DNA of 64,000 nucleotides from an uncultured Planctomycetota bacterium (lineage in GTDB: Bacteria; Planctomycetota; Planctomycetia; Isosphaerales; Isosphaeraceae), in the NCBI GenBank assembly GCA_963845755.1, contig CAWJTV010000039.1:320001-384000 (forward strand). Reading direction: 5' to 3'. Numbering within the stretch: the first letter of the stretch is position 1; every line of letters begins with the position of its first letter. Below are positions 61,353 through 64,000 of this stretch, piece after piece. A model generated the notes under the pieces. It did not search any database, had not been told where the DNA came from, and saw only the letters and a list, made by a program, of their open reading frames with translations. Both the position numbers and the translations under genes were made by a program.

Positions 61353-64000
61353 ATGGACCCGACTCAGCTTGCCGAGACGCTCTTGACGCAGGTGACCGAC
61401 GCGGCGACATCCCGGCGCCAGTTCCCCGAATCGACCTACCGTCTCCAGTTCCACGCCGGCTTCACCTTCCGGGACGCCCGGGACATCGTGCCGTACCTGA
61501 GGGACCTGGGGATCACCCACGCCTATGCCTCGCCGTACCTGAAGGCCCGGCCCGGGAGCACGCACGGTTACGACATCATCGATCACAGCGTCTTGAACCC
61601 GGAGATCGGCACGCCGGATGACTTCGAGGCCATGGTCGCGGCCTTGCATGCGCACGGACTGGGACAGATCCTCGATACGGTGCCGAACCACATGGGAGTC
61701 GGCACCAACGACAACACCTGGTGGAACGACATCCTCGAGAATGGCGCGGCCTCCCGCTACGGCTCCTACTTCGACATCGCCTGGCGGTCCTCGCCCCGGC
61801 CGGAGCTCCAGGACAAGGTCCTGCTCCCCGTCCTGGGCGAACCCTATGGCGATGTCCTCGAGGCCGGCCAGCTCCGGCTGGCCTTCGCGGAAGGGGCATT
61901 CTCCATCCATTACGCGGAAAGCCGCTTCCCCTTGGCCCCGCGGCTACGCCCGGATACTGGGACATCGACTGGATGAGCTGGAGCGCACCCTGGGCGCCGA
62001 GGACGGGTTGCTGATCGAATACCAGAGTATCCTGACGGCGGTCCGCAACCTCCCCGAGCCCACGGAGACCGACCCCGACAAGGTGACCGAACGTCAGCGC
62101 GAGAAGGAGGTGATCAAGCGACGGCTGGCCACCCTCGCGACCGAGGGCAATCCGATCCACGCGTTCATCGCGGAGAATGTCGCGATCTTCAACGGTCAGC
62201 CGGGCGACCCGCGAAGCTTCGACCTGCTGGATGACCTCCTGGAACACCAATGCTACCGCCTGGCCTACTGGCGAGTCGCGCCCGACGAGATCAACTACCG
62301 TCGGTTCTTCGATATCAACGACCTGGCCGCTCTCAGCATGGAGCGTGAAGACGTCTTCGAGGCCTGCGCACGGGCTGATCCTGCGGTTGCTGGCGGACGG
62401 CCAGTTGGACGGCCTGCGCATCGATCACCCCGACGGGCTCTACGATCCCGCCCAGTATTTTCGACGGCTCCAGGTGCACTCGGTCGCGGCCCGCGCCCGG
62501 CGTGCCTTCGAGGCCGACCCGGGTCCCCACGGCCTGGAGTGGAAGGACGTGGCAGGACCGCTTTACGATCTCATCGCCTCCCGAGAGATCGGGCTGGGGC
62601 AAGGCCCGCTCGGTCCGCCCCTCTATGTCGTCGTCGAGAAGATCCTGGCCCCGGACGAGGCACTGGTCGAGAGCTGGCCCGTCCATGGGACCAGCGGGTA
62701 CGACTTCCTCAACCAGGTCAATGGTCTGTTCGTGGAGGGGACGAACGCCGAGTCGTTCAACCATCTGTATCACGGGTGGGTCCAGGACGATACGCCGTTC
62801 CGCGAGGTGGTCCACCTCAAGAAACGGCTGATCATGCAGGTCTCGCTCTCCAGCGAACTGCACATGCTCACCTATCAGCTCGACCGGCTGGCCCAGAAAT
62901 CTCGGCGCTCGCGGGACTTCACCTTCAACACGCTCCGGCAGGCCCTCCAGGAGCTGATCGAGTCGTTCCCGGTCTATCGGTCCTATATCGCCGACGAGGG
63001 GGCTCACGACGCGGACCGTCGCTACATCCTGACGGCCATCCGCCGGGCCGAGGCCCGCAACCCGCTGATCAACCGGCGGGTGTTCCGCTTCATCCGCGAC
63101 ATGCTGCTCCGGGATTCGCCGGTGTCCTTCGGCGAGGAGGACCGGGCCGAGCAGCAGCGGTTCGCCGGCAAGTTCCAGCAGGTGACGGCGCCGGTGACGG
63201 CGAAGGGGGTCGAGGACACCGCGTTCTATATCTACAACCGCCTGGTGTCGCTCAACGAAGTGGGCGGCGACCCGGCTCGATTCGGCAATTCCTCCGAGGC
63301 GCTGCACGCCTACAACCAGGGCCGGCAGGCCCGATGGCCCTACGCGCTCTCCCCCCTCTCGACGCACGACACCAAGCGCAGCGAGGATGTCCGCGCCCGG
63401 ATCAATGTCCTCTCCGAGATGCCCGGGACCTGGTGGGGCTGCGTCGAACGTTGGAGCCGCCTCAACGAGAAGCACCGGAAAGTCAACGAGGACCAGACGA
63501 TCCCCGACGCCAACGAGGAATACCTGCTCTATCAGACGCTCGTGGGTGCCTGGCCCCTGGAGTCGCATGGGTCCCAAGAGGGCGTGGCACCGCCCGAGCC
63601 GGATCGATCGGAACCGAACGCGGAATTCGTGAAACGCATCCAGGATTACCTACTCAAGGCCCTTCGCGAGGCCAAGGTCCATACGAGCTGGATCAACCCG
63701 ATCTCTGAGTACGACGACGCCATCCTGGAGTTCGTCGATCGCATCCTCGATCCGGAGGCGAATCGCGCCTTCCTCGACGACTTCCGGGCGTTCCAGCAAC
63801 GGGTGAGCCACTACGGTCTATTCAACTCGCTCTCGCAGACGTTGCTGAAGCTCGCCGCGCCGGGCGTGCCCGACACCTATCAGGGGACCGAGCTGTGGGA
63901 CTTCAGCCTGGTGGACCCGGACAACCGCCGCCCCGTGGATTACGATGGGCGCCGGCGGATGCTCCGGGAACTCCAATCCGCGGCGGAGGCCGCCGGCCTG
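61353..64000 (+). CDS. treY: Malto-oligosyltrehalose synthase (frameshifts near 61945 and 62365; runs off the window end)
   Basis: STYRLQF, GSTHGYDIIDH, VPNHMG, INYRRFFDINDLA, GLRIDHPDGL, VVEKIL, AKGVEDTAFY, STHDTKRSEDVRAR. Confidence 0.93.

Noticed and set aside
8490..64000. Programmed frameshifting or true pseudogenes for the split genes
   Set aside because: No slippery heptamers recognised and too many unrelated genes are affected; sequencing error is more parsimonious.
1..64000. tRNA, rRNA, integrase or transposase genes
   Set aside because: None recognised by eye; a covariance-model or HMM scan would be needed to exclude them fully.

Overview
High-GC bacterial window with strong Planctomycetota (Isosphaeraceae-like) hallmarks: a DUF1549/DUF1553 plus DUF1501 pair, a LETLEDRTLLS-motif giant secreted protein, and an ECF sigma factor coupled to a Ser/Thr kinase-WD40 protein. 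Recognisable genes include mutS, ribosomal protein Thx (missed by the ORF track), an S9 peptidase, a STAS protein, an MFS transporter, ADP-ribosylglycohydrolase, a GT39-like glycosyltransferase and treZ-glgX-treY. Many long genes carry single-base frameshifts, most likely long-read errors. Main accessory observations: (1) an integron-type cassette array with four attC sites and no integrase in the window (12.4-14.1 kb), including a two-gene ParB-like cassette; (2) next to it, an uncharacterised pair of a 77-aa protein ending in a ubiquitin/MoaD-like IVPAIQGG(IG) tail and a Cys-containing partner, with no E1/JAB in the window; (3) an operon of exported proteins headed by a (TAGQVG)n repeat protein; (4) many short mobile repeats, including a 5-unit tandem MITE array, a nested insertion into a REP, and a MITE with TSD inserted in frame in a kinase gene; (5) a YD/RHS-type surface protein with an internal low-GC helical insert. 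Family assignments come from motif recognition only; no searches were run.
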